From positions 1-28,589 of the forward strand of contig NW_021833494.1 in NCBI RefSeq assembly GCF_006345805.1: a stretch of 28,589 nucleotides of DNA, given 5' to 3'. The notes under the pieces are model-generated. The model ran no database searches. It saw only the letters and a list, made by a program, of their open reading frames with translations, and had not been told where the DNA came from. The translations under genes were made by a program, and so were the position numbers. The stretch is from Octopus sinensis. Taxonomy: Eukaryota. This document shows positions 10,533 to 21,128 of this stretch, in pieces; the first letter of the stretch is position 1, and the number at the start of each line of letters is the position of its first letter.

Positions 10533-10872
10533 ATCATCATCATCATCATCATCATCGTTTAGCGTCCGCTTTCTATGCTAGCATGGGTTGGACGGGTCAA
10601 CTGGGGTCTGTGAAGCTGGAAGGCTTCGTCAGGCCCAGTCAGATCTGGCAGTGTTTCTACGGCTGGATGCCCTTCCTAACGCCAACCACTCCGCGAGTGT
10701 AGTGGGTGTTTTTTTACGTGCCACCTGCACAGGTGCCAGACAGAGCTGGCGAACGGCCACGAACGGATGGTGCTTTTACGTGTCACCGGCACGGGGCCAG
10801 GCGATGCTGGCAACGGACACGAACGGATGGTGCTTTTTACGTGCCACCAGCACGAGGCCAGTCAGGGCAAGG
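10533..10872 (-). mobile_element. Family A retroposon copy (second unit of local duplication)
   Basis: Same layout as 9927-10322, joined to the same mariner junction ccagtcagggcaaggcagacattaaacga. Confidence 0.88.
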
Positions 10873-11321
10873 CAGACATTAAACGATGATGGTAATTTAC
10901 AACAGGCTTCTTCAATTTCTGAATAACAAAAGCTGTTGCAATCATCGACTACGCAATGCTGGAACGCTTTGGGCAAGAATTGGACTATCGGCTTGATGTG
11001 CACTGTGTAACCAACAGTACTCACACTGAACATCTTTGAACATTCCACAAAAAAAAACTTGCAATTGTAGGCTTTCAGAATGTATCAAATGCGTTTTTGT
11101 CCTTACTCGACAATGCAATGCTGGAACACGTTTGGCAAGAATTGGACTATCGGCTTGATGTGCACCGTGTAACCAACAGTACTCACACTGAACATCTTTG
11201 AACATTCCATAAAAAAAACTTGCAATTGCAGGCTTTCAGAATATATCAAATGCATTTTTGCCCTTAACAGTTTTCGAGATGTTCAATGTCAAAATGTGCC
11301 CAAGACTTCTGGAACAGCCTG
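10873..11321 (+). mobile_element. Tc1/mariner C-terminal fragments (copies 2 and 3) ending at the right TIR with TA target site
   Basis: Two more VWQELDYRLDV...HTEHL-type segments. Ends gtgcccaagacttctggaacagcctg|ta (reverse complement TA-CAGGCTGTTCC, a mariner-like TIR). Confidence 0.8.
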
Positions 11322-11559
11322 TAATACAGAGAAATTATGCTGGAGCTGTAACAATATTTGAATATCATTTATAAGTCACGTCTGAGAGCAGAATTTTATC
11401 AAAGGGAAAACAGGCAAAAGAACAAAGAGAAAAGACAAAATACCGAGACATTAACATATTCTGAGTATATATACTAAAGTTAAACGATTTAATTTGAAGA
11501 TTAACTGACCAGCACACACTGATAACGAGGAACATGCTTATTAAATAATGACAGACATA

Positions 11560-11744
11560 GGCACAGGAGTGGCTGTGTGGTAAGTAGCTTGCTAACCAAC
11601 CACATGGTTCCGGGTTCAGTCCCACTGCGTGGCATCTTGGGCAAGTGTCTTCTGCTATAGCCCCGGGCCGACCAATGCTTGTGAGTGGATTTGGTAGACG
11701 GAAACTGAAAGAAGCCTGTCGATATATGTATATAATATATATAT

Positions 11745-11777
<33 letters not shown>

Positions 11778-11999
11778 ATGTGTTTTTGTGTCTGTGTTTG
11801 TCCCCCTAGCATTGCTTGACAACCGATGCTGGTGTGTTTAAGTCCCCGTCACTTAGCGGTTCGGCAAAAGAGAACCGATAGAATAAGTACTGGGCTTACA
11901 AAGAATAAGTCCCGGGGTCGATTTGCTCGACTAAAGGCGGTGCTCCAGCATGGCCGCAGTCAAATGACTGAAACAAGTAAACGAGAACGAGAACGAGAG
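11560..11999 (+). mobile_element. Family B SINE, full length
   Basis: A and B boxes, internal microsatellite and complete tail. Confidence 0.92.
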
Positions 12000-12017
12000 T
12001 ATCTTTAGAAATAGTAT

Positions 12018-12180
12018 GGCGGTGTGGTAAGAAACTTGCTTCCCAACCACATGGATCTGGGTTCAGTCCCACTGCGTGGTAACTTAGGCAAGTGTCTTCT
12101 TCTAGCTGACCAAAGCCTTGTGAGTGGATTTGGTAGTTGGAAACTGAAAGAAGCCTGTCGCATGTGTGTGTGTGTGTTGT
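12018..12180 (+). mobile_element. Family B SINE, 5' half
   Basis: Head through gaagcctgtcg plus (tg)n. Confidence 0.85.
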
Positions 12181-12182
12181 AT

Positions 12183-12592
12183 ACTCTTACTCTTTTACTT
12201 GTTTCAGTCATTTGAATGCGGCCATGCTGGAGCACCGCCTTTAGTCGAACAAATAGACCCCGGGACTTATTCTTTGTAAGCCCAGTACTTGTTCTATCGG
12301 TCTCTTTTGCCGAACCGCTAAGTGACGGGGACGTCAACACACCAGCATCGGTTGTCAAGCAATGCTAGGGGGACAAACACAGACACACAAACACAGACAC
12401 ACACACACACACATATATATATACATATATACGACAGGCTTCTTTCAGTTTCCGTCTACCAAATCCACTCACAAGGCATTGGTCGGCCCGGGGTTATAGC
12501 AGAAGACACTTGCCCAAGATGCCACGCAGTGGGACTGAACCCGGAACAATGTGGTTGGTTAGCAAGCTACTTACCACACAGCCACTCATGCA
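12183..12592 (-). mobile_element. Family B SINE, full length, inverted relative to 11560-11999
   Basis: Reverse complement of the full family B sequence. Confidence 0.92.
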
Positions 12593-13016
12593 CTTTGGTT
12601 TTGTATTTTTGTTTTTTTGGGTTTTTTTACATCCCGATGACTTAACAGTTCAGCAAAAAATGTCTGACAGAATCGATAGCAGGCTTAAAAAAAACTTAAG
12701 TACCGGCATCTATTTGTTCAGCGAAACTGGTGTCCAGTAACTGGAATCAGCAAGAAGACAGAAGATACTTCTTCGACCAGAAGGTTACTCTAGATGCCTT
12801 CGCCGAACTGATTTATAAAACCTTGTAAAACGTACTAAAGACAAACCCCAAAAAAGACAATAACCATTCTGCATTGATGGCCAAATGTTTGGCAATAAGA
12901 TTGGCCATAAAAGAACAACGCTAAAGAAACACCTGCTCCTACAGTATTTAATGATTCCAGAAAACTGCAGTGCTATCTAAACCGGCGCAGTAAACAGGTG
13001 TAATGTATTATTGAGA

Positions 13017-13460
13017 AGTGTGTGTGTGTGAGTGTGTGTATCTGGTCATGTGTGTGTGTATGTATGTATATATATTGTGTATGTGTGTGTGTGTGTGTGT
13101 ATGTATGTATATCTATGTGTGTGTGTATAATGTATGTGTATATATGTATGTGTGTATATATATATATAATATACATATATATATATTATACTATACATAT
13201 ATATATATACATATATATATATATACATACATATATATATATATATATATACATATATATATACATATATATATTATACATATATATACATATATATATT
13301 ATACTATATGATATACATATATTATATATACATATTATATATACATATATATATATATATACATAGATATATATATTACATATATATATAATACTATATA
13401 TATATATTATATATATATATATATATACATATATATACATACATACACACACACAAACGC
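13017..13460. repeat. Compound (TG)n/(TA)n microsatellite
   Basis: Direct reading. Confidence 0.95.
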
Positions 13461-13603
13461 GTATGTATTTATATGTGCACGTGTTTGTGTGTGGTGTGTG
13501 TGTTTGATATAGTCGTGTGTATGTATAAGTGTGGTATACAAACACCACACACAATATGTCAGGTGGTTGCTAGCATGGAAAATGTATGTGAAACCAAACA
13601 ACA

Positions 13604-13654
<51 letters not shown>

Positions 13655-13864
13655 TTAAAATTACTAATCTCTCTAAAAGAGAACAACGGCAGCGTTCCCG
13701 GAAAATATTAGTTATCGCCATACTAATATGGCATTCTTATAAAAATAAGAAAAAAGCTGACCGCTTATTAGCTCCATGAGGCCATCGCCTTAAGTTAGCT
13801 ATTTGGATACACATCTGTATCCATATAACCTTTGAACAGGGAGGTCAGTCGCTCCACACTACTT

Positions 13865-13924
13865 GGCCGGCAGCTACAGACGCGTTTCGGGGTATTGCCC
13901 CTTTTCAATGCAGCGTAGCCAGCC
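13865..13924 (-). ncRNA. Type I hammerhead ribozyme, U3:A8 core variant (copy 1, intact)
   Basis: GGCUGGC-uac-GCUGCA-UUGAAAA-GGGG(caaua)CCCC-GAAA-CGC-GUC|UGUAGC-u-GCCGGCC. Stem I is 6+7 bp with an internal loop, stem II is 4 bp, stem III is palindromic ACGCGU. Predicted cleavage between 13879 and 13878. Confidence 0.85.
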
Positions 13925-14221
13925 AGTAGGTGTCGCTTCCGACAATCTCTGTTCAAAGGTTTTATTTACCTAGCTTCGGTGGAAACATCCACTTGTTTTC
14001 AATAATAGAAATATTAAAATTACTAAGTCTCTCTAAAAGAGAACAACGGCAGCGTTCCGGAAAATATTAGTTATCGCCATACTAATATGGCATTCTTAAA
14101 AATAAGAAAAAAGCTGACCGCTTATTAGCTCCATGAGGCCATCGCCTTAAGTTAGCTATTTGATACACAATCTGTATCCATATAACCTTTGAACAGGGAG
14201 GTCAGTCGCTCCACACTACTT

Positions 14222-14280
14222 GGCCGGCAGCTACAGACGCGTTTTCGGTTATGCCCCTTTTCAATGCAGCGTAGCCAGCC
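14222..14280 (-). ncRNA. Hammerhead copy 2 (stem II disrupted)
   Basis: Same as copy 1, but the plus strand reads gttttcggttatgcccc instead of gtttcggggtattgcccc. This is mutation or assembly error. Confidence 0.6.
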
Positions 14281-14578
14281 AGTAGGTGTCGCTTCCGACA
14301 ATCTCTGTTCAAAGGTTTTATTTACCTAGCTTCGGTGGAATACATCCACTTGTTTTCAATAATAGAAATATTAAAATTACTAAGTCTCTCTAAAAGACAA
14401 CGGCAGCGTTCCCGGAAAATATTAGTTATCGCCATACTAATATGGCATTCTTATAAAAATAAGAAAAAAGCTGACCGCTTATTAGCTCCATGAGGCCATC
14501 GCCTTAAGTTAGCTATTTGATACACAATCTGTATCCATATAACCTTTGAACAAGGGAGTCAGTCGCTCCACACTACTT

Positions 14579-14636
14579 GGCCGGCAGCTACAGACGCGTT
14601 TCGGGGTATTGCCCCTTTTCAATGCAGCGAGCAGCC
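14579..14636 (-). ncRNA. Hammerhead copy 3 (core intact, small deletions in distal stem I)
   Basis: Core and stems II/III identical to copy 1; distal stem I reads gcagcgagcagcc on the plus strand. Confidence 0.75.
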
Positions 14637-14937
14637 AGTAGGTGTCGCTTCCGACAATCTCTGTTCAAAGGTTTTATTTACTTTTAGTTTCGGTGGAATA
14701 CATCCACTTGTTTTCAATATAGAAATATTAAAATTACTAAGTCTCTCTAAAAGAGAACAACGGCAGCGTTCCCGAAAATATTAGTTATCGCCATACTAAT
14801 ATGGCATTCTTATAAAAATAAGAAAAAAGCTGACCGCTTATTAGCTCCATGAGGCCATCGCCTTAAGTTAGCTATTGATACACAATCTGTATCCATATAA
14901 CCTTTGAACAAGGGAGGTCAGTCGCTCCACACTACTT

Positions 14938-14997
14938 GGCCGGCAGCTACAGACGCGTTTCGGGGTATTGCCCCTTTTCAATGCAGCGTAGCCAGCC
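14938..14997 (-). ncRNA. Hammerhead copy 4 (intact)
   Basis: Identical to copy 1 over the 60-nt motif. Confidence 0.85.
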
Positions 14998-15388
14998 CAG
15001 TAAGGTGTCGCTTCCGACAATCTCTGTTCAAAGGTTTTATTTACCTAGTTTCGGTGGAATACACCACTTGTTTTCAATAATAGAAATATTAAAATTACTA
15101 AGTCTCTCTAAAAGAGAACAACGCAGCGTTCCCGGAAAATATTAGTTATCGCCATACTAATATCATTCTTACAAAAATAAGAAAAACTGTCCGCTTATTA
15201 GCTCCATGAGGCCATCGCCTTAAGTTAGCTATTTGATACACAATCTGTATCCATATAACCTTTGTTCAAAGGTTATATGGATACAGATTGTGTATCAAAT
15301 AGCTAACTTAAGGCGATGGCCTCATGGAGCTAATAAGCGTCAGCTTTTTTCTTATTTTTGTAAGAATGCCATATTAGTATGGCGATAA

Positions 15389-15430
<42 letters not shown>

Positions 15431-15664
15431 ATATATATGTTGAGAGGGGAAAGCATAATTTGTACATATTGAGATGTGTGTGTGTGTGTGTGTGTGTGAA
15501 ATGATGCACATACCCATGTTTGCATATATGTGGGCATGCACACACACACACACAAACAAGTGATCAATTGGCAGAAATGGTTAGAGCATTAGAAAGAATG
15601 CCTTGTGATATTTGTTGCAAGCTTCTACCCTGAGTTCAAATCCCGGGTTGGTCAACTTCACTCC

Positions 15665-15825
15665 AGCTGGACGCGTGCTAGGAAGTTAGCTTCCCAACCA
15701 CATGGTTCCGGGTTCAGTCCCACTGCATGGCACCTTGGGCAAGTCTCTACTACTGTGTTGCCTTGGGCTTATCTAAGCCTTGTGAGTGGATTTAGTAGAC
15801 AGAAACTGAAAGAAGCCTGTCTCTG

Positions 15826-15830
<5 letters not shown>
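15665..15830 (+). mobile_element. Family B SINE, 5' half
   Basis: ccaaccacatggttccgggttcagtcccactgc...gaagcctgtc followed by (CT)n(CA)n. Confidence 0.85.
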
Positions 15831-15906
<76 letters not shown>

Positions 15907-15926
15907 CACTTCTTTCATTTATAGAT

Positions 15927-16312
15927 AGGAGGAGTGGCTGCATGGTAAGTAGCTTGCTAACCAACCACATGGTTCCGGGTTCAGTCCCACTGCGTGGCAT
16001 CTTGGGCAAGTGTCTTCTGCTATAGCCCCGGGCCGCAATGCCTTGTGAGTGGATTTGGTAGACGGAAACTGAAAGAAGCCTGTCGTATATATGTATATAT
16101 GTGTGTGTATGTGTTTGTGTTTGTCGCCCTAGCATTGCTTGACAACTGATGCTGGTGTGTTTACGTCCCTGTAACTTAGCGGTTCGGCAAAAGAGACCGA
16201 TAGAATAAGTACTGGGCTTACAAAGAATAAGTCTCGGGGGTCGACTTGCTCAACTAAAGGTGGTGCTCCAGCATGGCCGCAGTCAAATGACTGAAACAAG
16301 TAAAAGAGTAAA
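15927..16312 (+). mobile_element. Family B SINE, full length
   Basis: Head, core and tail all present. Confidence 0.9.
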
Positions 16313-16761
16313 GAGTCGATTTGTTTAACTAAACCCTTCAAGGTGGTGCCCCAGCATGGCCACAGTCTAATGAGTGAAAAAAGTAAAAAGAAGAAAAAAA
16401 AACATTAAAAAAAAATAATATGTATGTATACAGAGAGAAAGAAAACTTGCCCAGTCATTTTAAGGTCACTTTTTCAAAGCCAGCATGAGTTAGATGAGGG
16501 GAGTGTCTTGAAGTAAGATTTTTATGACGGGAAGCTATCATTCTTCCTGCCACTAAACCCGACACCCCACCTATTTTCCAAGCATTCACATAAGGACTCT
16601 TTTTATTCCAGAGGACTTCAAAAGCACTAGGTGAATGGTCTGTTGACAGAGAATGGCAATAAATGTCACCATTGTAGCCCAGCTACAAGCAGTAACATTT
16701 GTAATTGTAGCTCAGTGCATATTATAAACATTCACCAAATACATACACATAATTTTGAGCA

Positions 16762-16799
<38 letters not shown>

Positions 16800-17029
16800 A
16801 CATAAGTCACTGTGTATGTGTGCATGATAGGCTTCATACAGTTTCCATCAAACAATTATTTCACAAAGCACTGGTAGACCCAGGGCTTTAGTAGAAGACA
16901 TGTGTCTAACATACCATGTAGTGGAACTAAAGCCTTGACCAAATGGCCGAAAAGCAAGGCTAGTCAGCTTAAAGTTCCTTTCCGAGTCGTACAGACTCAT
17001 AAGGGCCGGTTTCCCAATTTTCATAGCGT

Positions 17030-17142
17030 GCCAGATCAGACTGGGCCTGGTGCAGCCCTCTGGCTTCCCAGACCCCAGTTGAACCGTCCAACTCATGCCA
17101 GCATGGAAAGGGGACGTTAAATGATGATGATGATGATGATGA
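17030..17142 (+). mobile_element. Family A retroposon 3' fragment
   Basis: ccagatcagactgggcctgg...ggacgttaaa(tga)n. Confidence 0.85.
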
Positions 17143-17560
17143 TATATTTCCTACCTGGATGGGGTTCCGATCTATGGCAGGGTCGCTCGTTTTTGCCAGC
17201 TGAGTGGACTGGAGCAACGTGAAATAAAGTGTTTTGCTCAAGAACACAACGCGTCGCCCGGTCCAGGAATCAAAGCCATGATCTTATGATCATGACTCTC
17301 ACACCCTCACCATTAAGGTAAAGTTACCTTCTTGAGTCATGCTGACTCATAAGGGCTGGTTTCCTGGTTTCCATGGCATATATATATATATATTCCCCGT
17401 CTGGATGGGACATCTGTCCATCTCATGATCACTCATTTTTGCCACCTGAATAAACTGGAGAGCTATGTGAAATGAAGTGTTTTGCTCAAGAATACAACAT
17501 GTTACCCGGTCCAGGAATCAAAACCACAATCTTATCATAATGAGTCCAACACTTGAACCA
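17140..17560 (-). mobile_element. Two adjacent family C SINE copies
   Basis: ctggactggagcaacgtgaaataaagtgttttgctcaagaacacaac...ccggtccaggaatc occurs twice (about 17205-17300 and 17450-17560). Confidence 0.75.
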
Positions 17561-18053
17561 CTAACCGACACAAGTCCAACACCCGAACCACTAAGCCAAC
17601 ATGAGTCCAACACCCAAACCACTAAGCCAACACGAGTCCAACACCTTAACCACTAAGCCAACAGGATTCCACCACTCGAACCACTAAGCCAATATGAGTC
17701 CAACACGAGTCCAACAACTGAACCACTAAGCTGACATGAGTCCAACATGAGTCCAACACCTGAACCACTAAGCCAACATGAGTCCAACACCTGAACCACT
17801 AAGCTGACATGAGTCCAACACCTGAACCACTAAGCCGACATGAGTCCAACACGAGTCCCAACACCTGAACCACTAAGCCGACATGAGTTCAACACGAGTC
17901 CCAACACCTGAACCACTAAGCTGACATGAGTCCAACACGAGTCCAACACCTGAACCACTAAGCCGACATGAGTCCAACACGAGTCCAACACCTGAACACT
18001 AAGCCAACATGAGTCCAACACCCTATCCATTAAGCCAACATGAGTCCAACACC
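17540..18053. repeat. ~31-bp minisatellite (ccgacatgagtccaacacctgaaccactaag)n with variant units
   Basis: Direct reading. The unit is the reverse complement of a SINE-head-like ttagtggttcaggtgttggactcatg. Confidence 0.9.
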
Positions 18054-18313
18054 TTATATTTAATAATCAGTTATTAAAAGTATTTATATTTACAATTTCA
18101 AGTGTAATAGGTATAAATGAGTGATTTGCTCCGCAGATTTCAGAACATTGTCTGTAATATAATCCAGGATGATTAGAATATAGGTTTATTTGATTAAGTC
18201 ATCCTGGAATGGCATCTACCACAAAACCATACATGTATCTACACCTAAAAGAAAAGATGAGTTAGGTACAATAAATTCAGTGTGTATATGGCAGCTAGTG
18301 GTATAGGTGATAG

Positions 18314-18736
18314 GATATATGTATTAAAAGAAAAACAGGACGCAAAGGATTTTGCGGTACATATGTTTCGGCTTTATTGAACAACTTATGCATTGATATA
18401 AGTTGTTCAATAAAGCCCGAAACATATGTACCTATTTCTTTATTACCCACAAGGGGCTAAACATAGAGGGGACAAACAAGGACAGACATAGGTATTAAGT
18501 CGATTACATCGACCCCAGTGCGTAACTGGTGCCTAATTTATCGACCCCGAAAGGATGAAAGGCAAAGTCGACCTCGGTGGAATTTGAACTCAGAACGTAA
18601 CGGCAGACGAAATACCGCAAAGCATTTCGCCCGGCGTGCTAACGCTTCTGCCAGCTCGCTGCCTTTTGTACATATGTACCGAAACATATGTACCACAAAA
18701 TCCTTTGCGTCCTGTTTTTCTTTTGATACATATATC
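18314..18736. repeat. ~75-bp-arm palindrome interrupted by a SINE
   Basis: Left arm 18314-18389; right arm 18398-18432 continuing at 18695-18736 after the SINE. Confidence 0.8.
18433..18667 (-). mobile_element. Family D tRNA-head SINE, full length, with a Deu/Nin-like central domain
   Basis: Head ggcagcgagctggcagaagcgttagcacg; central gcctttcatcctttcggggtcgataaatta...ccag resembles, from memory, the Nin/Deu SINE domain. A 16-bp direct repeat ccgaaacatatgtacc lies at 18417 and 18679. Confidence 0.85.
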
Positions 18737-18913
18737 TTAAAAGAAAAGAAATAGGTAATATAAAAAATAGACAGGATGGTCACACCTGGAATGCTTTTGA
18801 TTAGAGGTCTACTGGACAGGATTGACCTGGTGCTAGACAACAACAAAAGGAACATGAAAATCTCAATTTCCAAAAAAATCATCCAATCAACAGAATAAAT
18901 AAATACTGCTTAC

Positions 18914-18999
18914 CTTAACCTTATCAAAATTGAGGTCTTCATGCATCCAGTAATGGATTAAACCATCGCTATTTAGGTAGATCCATGGGTAAATCTTTG
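18914..18999 (-). CDS. Possible coding exon (86 nt)
   Basis: Acceptor ttattttccttgtcggatcag| and donor AAG|GTAAGC. Open frame KIYPWIYLNSDGLIHYWMHEDLNFDKVK. Part of it overlaps a ~58-bp local duplication. Confidence 0.3.
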
Positions 19000-19261
19000 C
19001 TGATCCGACAAGGAAAATAAGCCATCACTGTTTAGGTAGATCCATGTGTGAACATATTTAAATCATAATTAAACAAAAAAAAAATCTGAATTCCTTTTTT
19101 ATTTTCTTTTAGTTTTAAATATAAACTTCCATTTGTTTCCAATTCAAGCAGATTATTCCAACAATGTTTGCATTCCAGTAACAGAAGATTCTTTGGGTAC
19201 TCCGAGTAAACTTTGATATTTTTTTCCTTTTTTTTCTCTCTCTTTTTTCCATGGCAATTTA

Positions 19262-19605
19262 CATCATCATCATTATTATTATTATTATTATTTATTATTA
19301 TTATTATTATTCATCTTTTAGCGTCCGCTTTCCATGCTAGCATGGGTTGGACGGTTCAACTGGGGTCTGGGAAGCCAGAAGGCTGCACCAGGCCCAGTCT
19401 GATCTGGCAATGTTTCTACGGCTGGATGCCCTTCCTAACGCCAACCACTCCGTGAGTGTAGTGGGTGCTTTTTACGTGCCACCGACACGCGTGCCAGTCG
19501 AGGCTGGCAAACGGCCACGATCAGATGGTGCTTTTTATGTGCCATTGGCACGGGGGCCAGGCGAGGCTGGCAACGGCCACAATCGGATGGTGCTTTTTAC
19601 GTGCC
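19262..19605 (-). mobile_element. Family A retroposon copy
   Basis: Tail microsatellite plus body with 2 internal modules. Confidence 0.88.
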
Positions 19606-20089
19606 AATTATTATTATTATTTAACGTCCATTTTCCAATCTAGAATGGACTGGATGGCTCAATGGGACCCGTCAAGCCATTGGACTGCACCAAGATTCAA
19701 CCTTAACGTGTTTTCTATGGCTGAATGCCTCTCACAGTACTGTAGGAGGGGGTACAGGTACAAAAAATACAGGTACTTTTTTGCTAGCTGTGTGGACTGG
19801 AGCAATGTGAAATAAAGTGTCTTGCTCAAGGACACAACAGGTTGCCAGGAATTGAACTCGTGACCTTACGATCATGAGCCGAATATAGATAATTCCTTTC
19901 CCTATATTTTTAGTTCAGGTATGCCACCAAATTTTGGAAAGCATATAAGCGAACCGCAAGTGGGAAAGGTTGCAGAGCACTGATCTAGAATAATAACTGT
20001 TCAGCTACTGCGGGCATAGAGGAGCTGGACGTCACAGTAGTAAGAAGGGTCACCAAAGTGTAATTCCATTTCAACCATCACAACTCAAC

Positions 20090-20315
20090 CGGTAGTGAAC
20101 CGAGTACAGTATCTCTCCATCTGAAATGTAATCCCTGTGACATCGTCAACACAAAACTCGTATTTGGCCACACTCAAATGATTCTGTTTCGCTTTCTGAG
20201 CAAATTTAGGTTTCTTTTTGTAAGAATTCATTTCGGAAGTATTCTCTGTAATGGCAGTTGGAATCAAAGCAATACTTTCATCAAAATGCTGCAAGATATT
20301 TTCAGGGAATTTCAT
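20090..20315 (-). CDS. Possible first coding exon (exon 20383-20090 including UTR)
   Basis: Acceptor cttcttctattgcag| at 20383; ATG at 20315; peptide MKFPENILQHFDESIALIP...MERYCTRFTT; weak donor G|GTTGAG. Phase is compatible with 18914-18999. No homolog recognised. Confidence 0.25.
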
Positions 20316-20476
20316 AGCTCCAAACTACTTGTTGACAGTAGAACCGGCAAACATATTCCTTGGTCTTTACTGGAGAATTCTTCCTGCAATAGAAGAAGAT
20401 ATTGTAATTAACCATTTTTGTTATTATAAGCATATCTTTACTTACACTGTCTTCAACTTCACGTCAGTATAGCCTT

Positions 20477-20657
20477 TTACTTGTTTCAGTCATTTGACTG
20501 CAGCCATGCCGGAGCACTGCCTTTAGTCGAACAAATTGACCCCAGGACTTAGTACTTATTCTATCAGTCTCTTTTGCCAAACCGCTAAGTTACAAGGACG
20601 TAAACACACCAACACTGATTGTCAAGCAATGGTGGAGGGACAAACACAGACACACAA

Positions 20658-20665
<8 letters not shown>
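20477..20665 (-). mobile_element. Family B SINE 3' half
   Basis: Reverse complement of the family B tail. Confidence 0.85.
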
Positions 20666-20701
<36 letters not shown>

Positions 20702-21094
20702 TAAAAGCAGTGTGCTTACTCAGGCATATTATATATAATAATAATATTAGGGAATATGATTCCACACTAATAATATACTATTTATTATTTAGTATTTTAT
20801 TTAGTTTTAGGTAAATGTTTTATATCTTAAATTTTTTTTCTATATGGTATGATTTAAATATATCATTGTTGAATTGTTTCATAGTGGTTCTTCTCTAAAA
20901 TACACACACCACACACACACATACACACACACACACACACATACGACAGGCTTCTTTCAGCAAAAGAGACTGATAGAATTAAGTACTAGACATACAAAAA
21001 ATAAGTCCTGGGGTCGATTTGCCTGACTAAAGGCGGTGCTCCAGAATGGCCACAGTCAAATGACTGAAACCAGTAAAAGAGAAAAAGAGTATAT

Positions 21095-21128
<34 letters not shown>

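Larger units (their letters stand above)
13646..15395 (-). mobile_element. Tandem array of a ~358-bp hammerhead-containing unit (retrozyme / Penelope-like pLTR array) with terminal inversion
   Basis: Units start (atagaaatattaaaattactaa) at 13646, 14005, 14362, 14719 and 15080 (last one partial, to 15264). An inverted segment follows at 15267-15395. (TA)n on both flanks. One hammerhead per full unit. Confidence 0.85.

Noticed and set aside
11269-11318. Apparent minus-strand exon (LFQKSWAHFDIEHLEN)
   Set aside because: It coincides with the mariner terminal inverted repeat; the 'acceptor' tacag is the TA target plus the TIR start.
18914-18999. T-box domain similarity (WMHEDLNFDKVK vs WMxxxVSFxKLK)
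   Set aside because: Only a short motif matches, the rest of the domain is absent, and part of the segment is a local duplication.
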